Shown here: piece after piece, positions 18,946 to 28,064 of the stretch
Layout: each line of letters begins with the position of its first letter
How positions within the stretch are numbered: position 1 is the stretch's first letter
DNA from: an uncultured Alphaproteobacteria bacterium
GTDB taxonomy: Bacteria > Pseudomonadota > Alphaproteobacteria > UBA8366
DNA length: 64,000 nt
NCBI GenBank assembly: GCA_963711215.1
Contig: CAVQDH010000002.1
Location: forward strand, 1,110,134 to 1,174,133
Reading direction: 5' to 3'
Position numbers and translations under genes: made by a program
The notes under the pieces: model-generated
Told to the model about the DNA's origin: nothing
Database searches by the model: none
Seen by the model: the letters and a program-made list of their open reading frames with translations, nothing else

Positions 18946-19592
18946 ATCTGCGAGCGAATATCGCCGGCGATGATTTCGGCGGGCTCGGTCAATATGCGGT
19001 GCAGGATGCTCCACCGGGAGCCACGCCATTCCGGCAGGAAGCGAAGCTCTATGCCGTGGTGGCCGAACGCCGCGGCATCGTAGAGCGTCCGACCGCCCTC
19101 GAGGTTGACGTAGCGGGTGGCGCCCAGCGCCCGCGCGGCCGCCAGCACGCGGTCTTGCCCATGCAGCGACGGATCGAGGCCGAGCGTGCTGGTGCGGACT
19201 GTCTCAAACGGCAGGTCCAGCGTCCGGCAACAAAAGCCGAGCAGCTTCTCCAGATAGTCGCAGACCGTTCCGTCAAGGCGAAGCATCGCGTCGCAAAGCG
19301 GATGCCGGAAGCTTTGCAGCACCGGGAAGCGCCGAGACGAAGCCTGAAGCCGTTCCAGGGCATCGTCCGCGAACCGCAGGTCGCTGATGCGCGCGTCGAC
19401 CGCCGCCCGCTGCAGCGGCAGGGTAAGCCAGGCGGGGTCTCCCGCGGCGTTGGGCAGGCGGTTGCGATGCACCCATCCGCGGCGCGGGAATTGCACGCAA
19501 TCGAAGAGGGCGACGCGATCGGCGGCTGCGAAAAGCCGGAAATATCCAGCATAGGGCAGGAAATACGGTTGCATCACCGCGACGGTCGTCAT
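18942..19592 (-). CDS. WbqC-family protein (sugar-modification locus protein)
   Basis: N-terminal MQPYFLPYAGYFRL motif typical of the WbqC family; 216 aa. Confidence 0.75.
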   Translation of the reverse strand: MTTVAVMQPYFLPYAGYFRLFAAADRVALFDCVQFPRRGWVHRNRLPNAAGDPAWLTLPLQRAAVDARISDLRFADDALERLQASSRRFPVLQSFRHPLCDAMLRLDGTVCDYLEKLLGFCCRTLDLPFETVRTSTLGLDPSLHGQDRVLAAARALGATRYVNLEGGRTLYDAAAFGHHGIELRFLPEWRGSRWSILHRILTEPAEIIAGDIRSQI

Positions 19593-19691
19593 GCCGGAAG
19601 CCTACCAATTCCAGGAGAGGAAAACGAAGATTCCATCGCGTAAAGCTGCGGTCAAATCCCGTCTTCATATTGCCCGCGCATCCGGGTATTG

Positions 19692-21459
19692 ATGCGGTCG
19701 ATGTCAGGGGCCTTGCAAGACACGTTGCGGCGCGCGCTTGCGCTGCGGGAAGCGGGAAAGACGCACGAGGCGGAAGCCCTGTGCGACGCGGTCCTCACGC
19801 TCGACCCCGAGAATGCGGACGGATGGCAGATTGTCGGCCTCGTCCGTCTCGACCAGGGCATGAACGCCGCCGCCCGCGATGCGCTGGCGAAGGCCGCTGC
19901 CCTCGCGCCCGAGATAGCCGGCAATCACGTCAATTTGGCGACGGCGCTGCAACGGCTGGGGAAGCCGGAGCAGGCGATCCGGAGTCTCGATCGGGCGATC
20001 GCCTTGCAGGATGATTTGCCGGAGGCGCATTACAATCTCGGCAACGTGCTGTTGCAGGCCGGCCGTCCGGCGGAAGCCGAAGCCGCGTTCGAGCGGGCGG
20101 CGATGCTGCGTCCCGGCTATGCGGAAGCGCTCAACAATCTGGGCCTTCGGGCCAAGGAACGCGGCGACGCGGAAGCGGCAATCGATTATTTCCGGCGGGC
20201 GCGGGATGCCGCGCCCGGCTACGCGCCGGCATGGTCCAATCTTTGCGGTGTGCTCCTGGACCGCGGCCGAACGGTCGAGGCTATCGAAGCCGGGCGGCGT
20301 GCCGTGCTTCTGTCTCCGGGCAGCGCCGAAGGCGCATTACAATCTCGGCAATGCGTTCGCCGCCGCGCCGATCCCGGCCGAAGCCGCGGCCTGCTATCGC
20401 CGGGCGCTGCAGGCCGATCCCGCGTATGCCGATGCGTTCGTCAATCTGGGGGTTGCGCTGATGCATCTGGGCGTGTGCGACGAGGCAATCGCCGCGCTGG
20501 ATCATGCGCTCGTTCTCGATCCCGACCTGGCCGAAGCGAACTGGAACAAGGCGCTCGCGCTGCTGCTGTCGGGCCGGCTCGGTGAAGCCTGGGATCTGTA
20601 TGAATGGCGCTGGCGGGCCGTGAAGGATCTGACCTGGCCGAGGATCGACCGGCCGTTGTGGGACGGCGGTGACGGGGCCGGGCGTACGCTGCTGATCCGT
20701 TGCGAGCAGGGCTACGGCGATGCCATCCAGTTCGCCCGCTATCTGCCGCTGGTGCGCCAGCGGAACTGGCGTGTCGTGGTCGAATGTCCGCCGAAGCTGG
20801 AGCGCCTGTTCCGGGCGAGCGGGCTCGCCGATACGGTAATCCCCTTCGGCGCCGAGCGGCCGGCCTTCGACAGCTGGCTGCCGATCATGAGCCTGCCGCG
20901 CGCCTTCGGGACGGAGATCGCCTCAATTCCACAGACATGTCCTTATCTGCAGGCACAGCCCGCGGCGGCAGCGCGGAGCGGCGACCGCCGAACGAAGGTT
21001 GGGATCGTCTGGCAAGGAAGTCTGAGCAACGATCGAGGTCGGTTCAGGTCTTGCGCGCTGGCGGATTTGGCGCCGTTGCGGAACATATCCGGCATATCGC
21101 TTTATAGCCTGCAGGCGCAGCTGTTGGGTGAAGAGCGCGACCGGCTCCGCGCGTTCTCGATTCCCGACCTGGAGACCGGACTGACCGATTTCGCGGAGAC
21201 CGCGGTTGTCCTTCAATCGCTCGATCTGGTGATCACGGTCGACACGGCGATGGCGCACCTCGCCGGCGCCTTGGGCCGTCCCGTCTGGGTGCTGCTGTCG
21301 GCCTTTCCGGATTGGCGATGGCTGCTCGACCGGGACGATAGTCCGTGGTATCCGACCATGCGCTTGTTTCGTCAGCGGCGCATCGGCGATTGGGCGTCGG
21401 TCGTGGATGACGTGGCTTCCGCTCTCGCCGACGATTGCGCGGGAAGGGGTGTTCGATGA
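19692..21459 (+). pseudogene. TPR + GT9-like (heptosyltransferase-fold) protein, copy A, one frame break (possible artefact)
   Basis: ORFs 19689-20585 and 20011-21459 join as SPGSAE|AHYNLGNAF once a G is removed at 20331-20332. Length is 3n+1. C-domain motifs: GYGDAIQFARYLPLV, VGIVWQG, LVITVDTAMAHLAGALGRPVWVLL, WYPTMRLFRQ. Confidence 0.75.
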
Positions 21460-21505
21460 TGCGTTGGCATGCAACGGCATTGCCTGAAAGGGGCGGCGGC
21501 TGACG

Positions 21506-22606
21506 ATGGCGGCACCGGCAATCCCCGTGATGGCGCCCCGGCTGCCCGATGCCGCGGCCCTCATGCCCTATCTCGAGGAAATCGACGTAAACCGCTGGTA
21601 CAGCAATTTCGGGCCGCTGTTGCGGCGGTTCGAGGCGCGGCTGGCGGACCATTTCGACCTGCCCAAGGACGGCGTGGCCTGCGTCGGCAATTGCACGGTG
21701 GGGCTGATGCTCGCCCTCATGGCGGTTGCGCGGGAGCGCGGCGGCTACTGCATCATGCCGTCCTTCACCTTCGTGGCATCGGCCCATGCCGTGCTGGCGG
21801 CCGGCCTCATTCCGCTGTTCATCGACGTGGATTCGCAGTCCTGGACGGTGACCCCGGCGAGCGTGACCGAGGCCGTTCGGTCGGCCGACCGGCCGGTGGC
21901 CGCTGCGCTGGTCGTGTCGCCTTTCGGCGCGCCGGTCGACGTTGCCGCGTGGGACGAATTTGCCGCGCACAGCGGCATCCCCGTCGTGATTGATGCGGCG
22001 GCGGGATTCGATGGCGCAAACGCCGGGAAAGCGCCCCTCGTCATCAGCTTCCACGCGACCAAGGTGATGGGGACGGGCGAGGGAGGGGCCGTACTGAGCC
22101 GCGACGCGGCGGTGATCCGATCGATCGCCGCAGCCTCGAATTTCGGTTTCCACGACAGCCGCGAGGCGAAGGTGGCCGGATTCAACGGCAAGCTCAGCGA
22201 GTACAGCGCCGCAGTCGGCCTTGCGTCATTGGATGCCTGGCCGGCAACGCGCAGGATGTTGGCGCAGCTCACCCGGCTCTACGCCGATGCCTTGAACGGG
22301 ATCGGCAATATCAGCCTGTCGCCGGCCTTCGGCGCCGGCTGGGTCAGCTCGACATGCAACATCGCCTTCGACCGCCCGGTCGTGGAGGCGGTCATGGGCG
22401 CGCTCGCCGACGCCGGGATCGATTCGCGGCAGTGGTGGAGCAAGGGCTGCCACCGGGAGCCTGCGTTTGCCGGCTTTCCCCATCGCGACCTTTTCGTCAC
22501 CGACGATCTCGGCCGGCGCGTTCTCGGCCTGCCGTTCCACGAAGCGCTCAGCGAGCAGGATATCGAGCGCGTCGTCGCCATCGCCGCGTCCGCGGCGCAA
22601 CGATAG
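21506..22606 (+). CDS. DegT/DnrJ/EryC1/StrS-family PLP-dependent sugar aminotransferase
   Basis: 366 aa. Family-typical N-terminus and a putative PLP-lysine context (ISFHATKVMGTGEGG). Confidence 0.85.
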   Translation: MAAPAIPVMAPRLPDAAALMPYLEEIDVNRWYSNFGPLLRRFEARLADHFDLPKDGVACVGNCTVGLMLALMAVARERGGYCIMPSFTFVASAHAVLAAGLIPLFIDVDSQSWTVTPASVTEAVRSADRPVAAALVVSPFGAPVDVAAWDEFAAHSGIPVVIDAAAGFDGANAGKAPLVISFHATKVMGTGEGGAVLSRDAAVIRSIAAASNFGFHDSREAKVAGFNGKLSEYSAAVGLASLDAWPATRRMLAQLTRLYADALNGIGNISLSPAFGAGWVSSTCNIAFDRPVVEAVMGALADAGIDSRQWWSKGCHREPAFAGFPHRDLFVTDDLGRRVLGLPFHEALSEQDIERVVAIAASAAQR

Positions 22607-22667
22607 GCCGGCCTGATTCCCTGACCGTGGAGGCAGGGGCCGGCACCCGGAAAGAACTTCCGGATCT

Positions 22668-22782
22668 GGCAAGTCTTGCCGGGCAAAACGGACTTCGTTA
22701 ACAGGCCCGTTCAGCCCTCATATATAAAAACATATGTAAATCAAATAATTAACCCGCCACGCCGCGCTGGCACGCCAGTTGC
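22668..22782 (+). promoter_or_regulatory. Enhancer-IHF-sigma-54 promoter module for flagellin 1
   Basis: GGCAAGTCTTGCCGGGCAA (22668-22686). IHF consensus AATCAAATAATTA (22739-22751). TGGCACGCCAGTTGC (22768-22782), a perfect -24/-12 element. Confidence 0.65.
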
Positions 22783-22880
22783 CGTTAACCATACCGGGTT
22801 CGGCGTCTCGTCCGCGGTAATTGGCACAAGCGACCCGGTACATATGACGCCAGATGTCAAAGCCAGAAAGGAACTGACAG

Positions 22881-23712
22881 ATGGCTACTCCAAAGATCAA
22901 CCTGAGCGCAGGTGTACGAGCCAATCTGCTCACGCTGCAGAACACGACCAAACTGATCAGCACGGTGCAGACCCGGCTGTCCACCGGACTCAAGGTCAAT
23001 TCGGCCATCGACGATGCGAACGCGTATTTTACCGCGAAGGCGCTCAACAATCGTTCGGACGACCTGAACGCACTGAAATCGAATATCGATCTGTCCATCA
23101 GTGCCCTTCAGGGAGCGATCCATGGCATCGAGTTCGATCACCGATCTGGTCCAGCAGGCAAAGGGCCTGGTCAACACGGCGAAGGCGACGGGCGATACCG
23201 CCGAGCGTTCGCTGCTCGCCGTCCAGTTCAACGCGCTGTTGGTGCAGATCGACAACCTGGCGAACGACGCCAACTTCAACGGCTCGAACCTCATCAGGTC
23301 GACACCCGATAACCTTCAGGTCGACTTCAACGAGGACAGCACCAGCAGCATCACCATCACCGGCCTCGACTCGACGACGGCATCGACGGGCCTGGACATC
23401 ACCGAGGCGGGCAACAATTTTTCCAGCCTCACGGATATCAATTTCTCGATCACGCAGCTGAACAGCGCGCTGACCGAGCTGCGCACCAATGCCTCGACCC
23501 TCGGCTCCAACAATACCGTGCTGCAGACGCGCCTTGACTTCACCGCCAACCTGTCGACGACGCTGACGGAAGGCGCCGGCAAGCTGACCCTGGCGGATCT
23601 CAACGAGGAAAGCGCCAACCTGCTGGCCTTGCAGACCCGGCAGCAGCTTGGCCTGAACTCGCTTGCGCTGGCCGCGCAGAGCGAGCGGCAGATCCTGAGC
23701 CTGTTCGGTTAA
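22881..23712 (+). pseudogene. Flagellin 1, one frame break (possible artefact)
   Basis: ORFs 22881-23312 and 23101-23712 align end to end with flagellin 2. Removing one T from the TT run at 23133-23134 gives AIHGIESITDLVQQ versus AINGINSITELVQQ in the paralogue. Length is 3n+1. Confidence 0.85.
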
Positions 23713-23906
23713 CGCAGGCGGCGCGGCCAGCAGTAGGCCCGCCCGGCGCGGCGGCGCTACCCCTTAACGACAGGGCAGATTTTTCCTGTCGGATGGGAAT
23801 AATTTGCCGGCCTGACCGGAAAAAACTGCCTTCCCGGCCAGTTAATGGCCCCAGGGGGCCTGGCCGGATTTACGAATTCTCAAGGACTTGCTGGTTTTCT
23901 CCTCCG

Positions 23907-23921
23907 TGGCATGGGGGTTGC
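23907..23921 (+). promoter_or_regulatory. Sigma-54 promoter for flagellin 2
   Basis: TGGCATGGGGGTTGC (GG-N10-GC), about 125 nt upstream of the ATG at 24048. Confidence 0.55.
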
Positions 23922-24047
23922 GTGTTTTGACCCCGGACTGCTGATCGCGGGGAGAAGCCCCGTGCTCGGCTGCCGCGGACCCTATGGTTCGCACAACTTG
24001 GCCCACCGCAGAACGCGGCGGGTAACCATCCTAGAAAGGGAGAAACC

Positions 24048-24875
24048 ATGGCTGATAAAATTGCACTATCAGCAGGCGTGCGGTCTAACCTTCTTAGTCT
24101 GCAGGTCACCACCGCCAGCATCAACACGACGCAGCAGCGCCTGTCGACGGGCCTCAAGGTCAATTCGGCCCTCGATAACGCGAGTGCGTACTTTACGTCG
24201 GTTGCGTTGAGCAATCGGTCGTCGGACCTGGGTGCGCTCAAGTCCGATATCGACCTGTCGGTCAGCGCGATCGAATCGGCGATCAACGGTATCAACTCGA
24301 TCACCGAGCTGGTGCAGCAGGCCAAAGGTCTTGCAAACCAAGCGAAGGCGACCGGCGATACGAGTGAAAAGTCGACCCTGGCGACGCAGTTCAATTCGCT
24401 GCTCGACCAGATCGACGCCGTCGCCAATGACGCCAGCTTCAACGGCACGAACCTGATCCAGGCGACGCCGGACAATCTGACGGTCAACTTCAACGAAGAC
24501 AACACCAGTAACCTGACGATCACTGGTCTCGACTCGACGACGGCCACTACCGGCCTTTCGATTGGTGTGGCGACCAATGCCTTTGCGGATAGCGCTTCGG
24601 TCGACTTGGCGTTGACGTCGCTCAACAGTGCGCTCACGACGCTGCGTACCAACGCGGCGACGCTGGGTTCCAACAGCTCGGTTCTTCAGACTCGTCTGAC
24701 CTTCACGTCGAATCAGGTGAATACCCTCGACACGGGCTCAGGCAAGCTGACGCTGGCGGACCTGAACGAGGAGAGCGCCAACCTGCTGGCTCTGCAGACG
24801 AGACAGCAGCTCGGCATCAACTCCTTGTCTCTGGCTTCGCGAAGCGAGCGGTCGATCCTGGCCCTCTTCGGTTAA
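24048..24875 (+). CDS. Flagellin 2 (short alphaproteobacterial type, 275 aa)
   Basis: Conserved flagellin N-terminus (LSAGVRSNLLSLQ...RLSTGLKVNSALDNAS) and C-terminus (ADLNEESANLLALQTRQQLGINSLSLASRSERSILALFG). GGGAGA RBS. Confidence 0.95.
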   Translation: MADKIALSAGVRSNLLSLQVTTASINTTQQRLSTGLKVNSALDNASAYFTSVALSNRSSDLGALKSDIDLSVSAIESAINGINSITELVQQAKGLANQAKATGDTSEKSTLATQFNSLLDQIDAVANDASFNGTNLIQATPDNLTVNFNEDNTSNLTITGLDSTTATTGLSIGVATNAFADSASVDLALTSLNSALTTLRTNAATLGSNSSVLQTRLTFTSNQVNTLDTGSGKLTLADLNEESANLLALQTRQQLGINSLSLASRSERSILALFG

Positions 24876-24897
24876 GCCGGCGGCAACGTCGAATAGG

Positions 24898-24929
24898 AAA
24901 GCGGGGGCTTCGGCCCCCGCTTTTATTTT
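24898..24929 (+). terminator. Rho-independent terminator after flagellin 2
   Basis: AAAGCGGGGGC-TTCG-GCCCCCGCTTTTATTTT. Confidence 0.85.
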
Positions 24930-25001
24930 CCGCTCCATGTACTGGAAAGACTTGGGCAAGAATTCGAATTCGCAATTTATTTCGCCAAATTTGGCTCACT
25001 G

Positions 25002-25016
25002 TGGTATGGAATTTGC
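25002..25016 (+). promoter_or_regulatory. Possible sigma-54 promoter for flbT-flaF
   Basis: TGGTATGGAATTTGC has correct GG-N10-GC spacing and TTGC at -12, but a weaker -24 element. It lies about 58 nt upstream of the flbT ATG. Confidence 0.35.
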
Positions 25017-25073
25017 GTATGATGAGGCAATAATACTGTTTTACTTCGGCAGGATTGGCAGAAAGTCAGAAGA

Positions 25074-25466
25074 ATGCCGCTAAAGATCGTGTTGAAACCG
25101 GGGGAGAAGGTCGTCATCAATCAGGCGGTTCTTCAAAACGGACGCGAGAAGACAGAGATAATCGTACAAAATAAAGCAAGCATTCTCCGAGAGCGGGATA
25201 TAATGGTCGAAAAGGAGGCCAATAGTCCGGCGAAACGGATTTATTTTATTGTTCAGATGATTTATATGTTTCCGAATAAGGAACGTGAATACCAGGAAAA
25301 ATTCCATAAATTCACCAAGGAATTCGTGAATGCTGTGCCGAGTTCTCTGCCTTTGATAATGGATATCGGAAAGCAGATCATCGCAGGCAATGTCTATGGG
25401 GCGCTGAAGCTGTGCCGGAAGCTGGTTAAGTATGAGGACGAGGTTCTAAAACATGCAACAAGGTAA
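25074..25466 (+). CDS. flbT: Flagellin synthesis repressor FlbT
   Basis: MPLKIVLKPGEKVVINQAVLQNGREKTEIIVQNKASILRERDIM matches the FlbT family N-terminus. The gene is markedly AT-rich. Confidence 0.85.
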   Translation: MPLKIVLKPGEKVVINQAVLQNGREKTEIIVQNKASILRERDIMVEKEANSPAKRIYFIVQMIYMFPNKEREYQEKFHKFTKEFVNAVPSSLPLIMDIGKQIIAGNVYGALKLCRKLVKYEDEVLKHATR

Positions 25467-25896
25467 CAAGAGCCAAGCATATCGTTCATCGCAGCGGCTG
25501 GGTTCGAACGCTCGGGATACGGAAGCACAGGCCCTGTTGGAGGCTGCGCGGAAGCTGGACGCGGTGGTCGGTGGCGACGACCAGGATGCCTATCGCACGG
25601 CGTTGCGGCAGAACTGGCGCCTTTGGACGATCATTCAGGCGGATGTCTCCGGCGAAGATTCACCGCTGCCCGATGAGATTCGTCAGAATATCCTTAGCCT
25701 GAGCGTCTTTATCGATAAGCATACGGTCAGTGCCCTCGCGGAGCCGAGCGGGCGAAAGCTCCGGGTGCTGATCGACATCAACCGTCATATCGCCGGCGGC
25801 TTGATGGCTAATTTCAATGCGCAAGCCGACGTTTCGGCGGAACCGGCGCAACCCGCGCCCGCCCGCCCGCGCGTGGATGGTGATATCATCGCCTGA
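25453..25896 (+). CDS. flaF: Flagellin synthesis regulator FlaF
   Basis: FlaF-family motifs (EAQALLEAARKL, ALRQNWRLWTIIQADV, NILSLSVFIDKHT). Overlaps the flbT end by 14 nt. Confidence 0.85.
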   Translation: MQQGNKSQAYRSSQRLGSNARDTEAQALLEAARKLDAVVGGDDQDAYRTALRQNWRLWTIIQADVSGEDSPLPDEIRQNILSLSVFIDKHTVSALAEPSGRKLRVLIDINRHIAGGLMANFNAQADVSAEPAQPAPARPRVDGDIIA

Positions 25897-25958
25897 GATC
25901 GCACGCTTGCCCCCGACAGCGGTCGGCGAAAAGCGCGCGCGAGGCCGAGACGGCTCAA

Positions 25959-28016
25959 TCAGCGCTTCGGTTGGAAAGCACGTCGCAGCTCATCCGCGAT
26001 ACGCCGGGTGACGGAAAGCCAATCACCCGGAGAATCCTGCCTGAATAGCCGCATCGTCGGATACCAGGGGCTATCCTCGCGGTCGAGCAGGTAGCGCCAG
26101 TCCGCCGCGAATCCCAGCATCACCCAGACCGGCCGTCCGAGCGCTCCGGCGAGATGGGCCGCGGCCGTGTCGACACTGATGACAAGATCCAGCTTCTCCA
26201 CGACCGCCGCCGTATCGCCGAAATCCGCCAGCCGCGGCCCCAGATCGGTGATGCGCGATTTCTCCATGGGCGGCGCATCTTTCGCCAGCCCGTAGAAGCG
26301 CACATTTTCCAATTCGAGGAGCGGCACCAGGGCGTCAGGCGGGCACGACCGCATATGGTCGTCCTGTCGCTGCGGGTTGCCGGACCAGACAAGCCCGACC
26401 GAGGGCCCGTCGCCGGAAGGAAAGTCCGCCCAGGCCACGGACTTCGACGGCGGCGCCGAGAGATAGGGCACGCGGGCCGGAATACTGTCCAGCGTCGTAT
26501 TGAAGATGCGCGGGAAGCTGAGCAGCGGCACATGATAGTCGGCGGCCGGGGCCGCTTCGTCGCGGGAGATGATGCGCAGGGCATGCCGGGCATCCCGTGC
26601 CGGGAGCGTCGCCATCAGCGCCGCCAACGAAGGCTGGCACTCGAATACCACCCGTGCCCCGGTTGCGGCGAGAAGCGGGATGTAGCGGCAGAAGTGAAGG
26701 CTGTCGCCGAAACCCTGCTCTGCGTGGACGAGGATCGTCGTCGGCCGGTCGCCGCTTGATGCGTCGCCGCTTGATGCGTCGCCGAGGGGCTCGCCGTTCC
26801 ACAGCGGCGCGCCGAAGTCCGGACGCCACGCGGGCGCCATGTCCGTGCTCCACCGTGCCTCGTAGTTGGCCCACCCGTTCGCGAAGTCGCCGACAAGAAG
26901 CTGAGCGATGCCGAGGCTCATGCGCAGGTCCGGCCGCTCCGGCCGCAGCGCCAGCGCCTTTTCATAGACCGCGATGGCCTCCTGCGGCTTGTTGAGGTTG
27001 AGCAGGATGAGGGCAAGATTACCGTAGCTCATGAAATCCAGGGGCCGCTGATCAATCACGGCGCGGTAGTGCACCGCGGCCTCCTCGAGACGGCCCGTTC
27101 CGCGCAGCAAATTTGCAAGGCTGCGTTGCGCGTCAGAAAATTTATCATTTATTTTCAAAGCATTACGGAAGGCGATCTCGGCCTCGGCCGGCGCGCCGGC
27201 GGCATGAAGGGCGACACCGAGGTTGTGCAGGGTCGTGAGGTTTTTCGGCTCGATTTGCAGCGCGGCTTTCAGTTGCCGGACGGCTTCCACATTCCGTCCG
27301 AGGCTGCAAAGCGCCGCGCCCAGATTGTTCAGTGCGCTTACCGATCGAGGGTCATGGCGCAAGACGTGCCGGCATTGCTCGACGGCCGCTTCCTGATCGC
27401 CCTGTTTCCGGAGAATGGCGGCGAGGTTGAGCCGTGCCTGGTGGAGGAGCGGGTCGGCGGCCAGCGCGTCGCGGTATCGCTCGGCGGCTTCCTCGATCCG
27501 TCCTTCGCAATGCAGCGCATAGCCATAGGCCGCGAGGAGCTTCGCATCGCCGGGCGAGCGCTGCAATGCCGACTGGAAAAGCGGTATCGCTTCGCCGTGA
27601 CGGCCCAGTCGGGAGAGGCACTGCGCCAATTCCGATGGCCAGCGTGCATTGTGGGGATCGAGCTCGGCGGCGCGTTGCCATGGTTCAAGAGCATCCGCAT
27701 CGCGGCCGAGCCGTGACAATGCCTCGGCAAGCGCCGCGCAATAGGCCGCATTTTCTTTCTCGCAGGCCACCGCGCGGATGAAACAATCCACGGCGTCGAC
27801 CGGCCGGCCCGCCGCAAACGCGTTCAAGCCGCGAAGATGCCACGCCCGTCCGTCGTCTGGCCGCTGCTCGACGACTTGGCGCAATATGAGCTCCGCACGG
27901 TCATGCTGCCCGGCCTCATAGGCGTGCGCCGCCTGCTGAAGAAATTTGCCCGCCGATCCGGTATGGGCGCCCGCCGGGGTATTGCGGGAGCCCGGTGCGG
28001 CGGGTTTTTGAACCAT
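25959..28016 (-). CDS. TPR + GT9-like (heptosyltransferase-fold) protein, copy B
   Basis: TPR array plus the same C-domain as copy A (GFGDSLHFCRYIPLL, VGLVWSGN, LVISVDTAAAHLAGALGRPVWVML, WYPTMRLFRQ). Only 27-48 nt downstream of flgL, so probably co-transcribed. I chose the start at the ATG at 28016 (GGACGG RBS). Confidence 0.8.
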   Translation of the reverse strand: MVQKPAAPGSRNTPAGAHTGSAGKFLQQAAHAYEAGQHDRAELILRQVVEQRPDDGRAWHLRGLNAFAAGRPVDAVDCFIRAVACEKENAAYCAALAEALSRLGRDADALEPWQRAAELDPHNARWPSELAQCLSRLGRHGEAIPLFQSALQRSPGDAKLLAAYGYALHCEGRIEEAAERYRDALAADPLLHQARLNLAAILRKQGDQEAAVEQCRHVLRHDPRSVSALNNLGAALCSLGRNVEAVRQLKAALQIEPKNLTTLHNLGVALHAAGAPAEAEIAFRNALKINDKFSDAQRSLANLLRGTGRLEEAAVHYRAVIDQRPLDFMSYGNLALILLNLNKPQEAIAVYEKALALRPERPDLRMSLGIAQLLVGDFANGWANYEARWSTDMAPAWRPDFGAPLWNGEPLGDASSGDASSGDRPTTILVHAEQGFGDSLHFCRYIPLLAATGARVVFECQPSLAALMATLPARDARHALRIISRDEAAPAADYHVPLLSFPRIFNTTLDSIPARVPYLSAPPSKSVAWADFPSGDGPSVGLVWSGNPQRQDDHMRSCPPDALVPLLELENVRFYGLAKDAPPMEKSRITDLGPRLADFGDTAAVVEKLDLVISVDTAAAHLAGALGRPVWVMLGFAADWRYLLDREDSPWYPTMRLFRQDSPGDWLSVTRRIADELRRAFQPKR
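26749..26785. repeat. 15-bp tandem duplication inside TPR-GT9-like copy B
   Basis: GTCGCCGCTTGATGC x2 plus a partial third copy; encodes GDASSGDASSGD on the minus strand. Confidence 0.9.
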
Positions 28017-28064
28017 ATTTCCGTCCTGCGGACGCAACGGCCCGGACTCGCGCCTGTGACGACG

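Noticed and set aside
14863-19029. Minus-strand ORFs of 612 and 387 aa (14863-16701 and 17866-19029) opposite the GT41 genes.
   Set aside because: Same antisense artefact; no motifs, and the sense strand shows strong OGT homology.
12220-22606. The glycosylation island as a mobile genomic island.
   Set aside because: No integrase, transposase, tRNA or flanking direct repeats were seen, and base composition looks like the surrounding flagellar genes.
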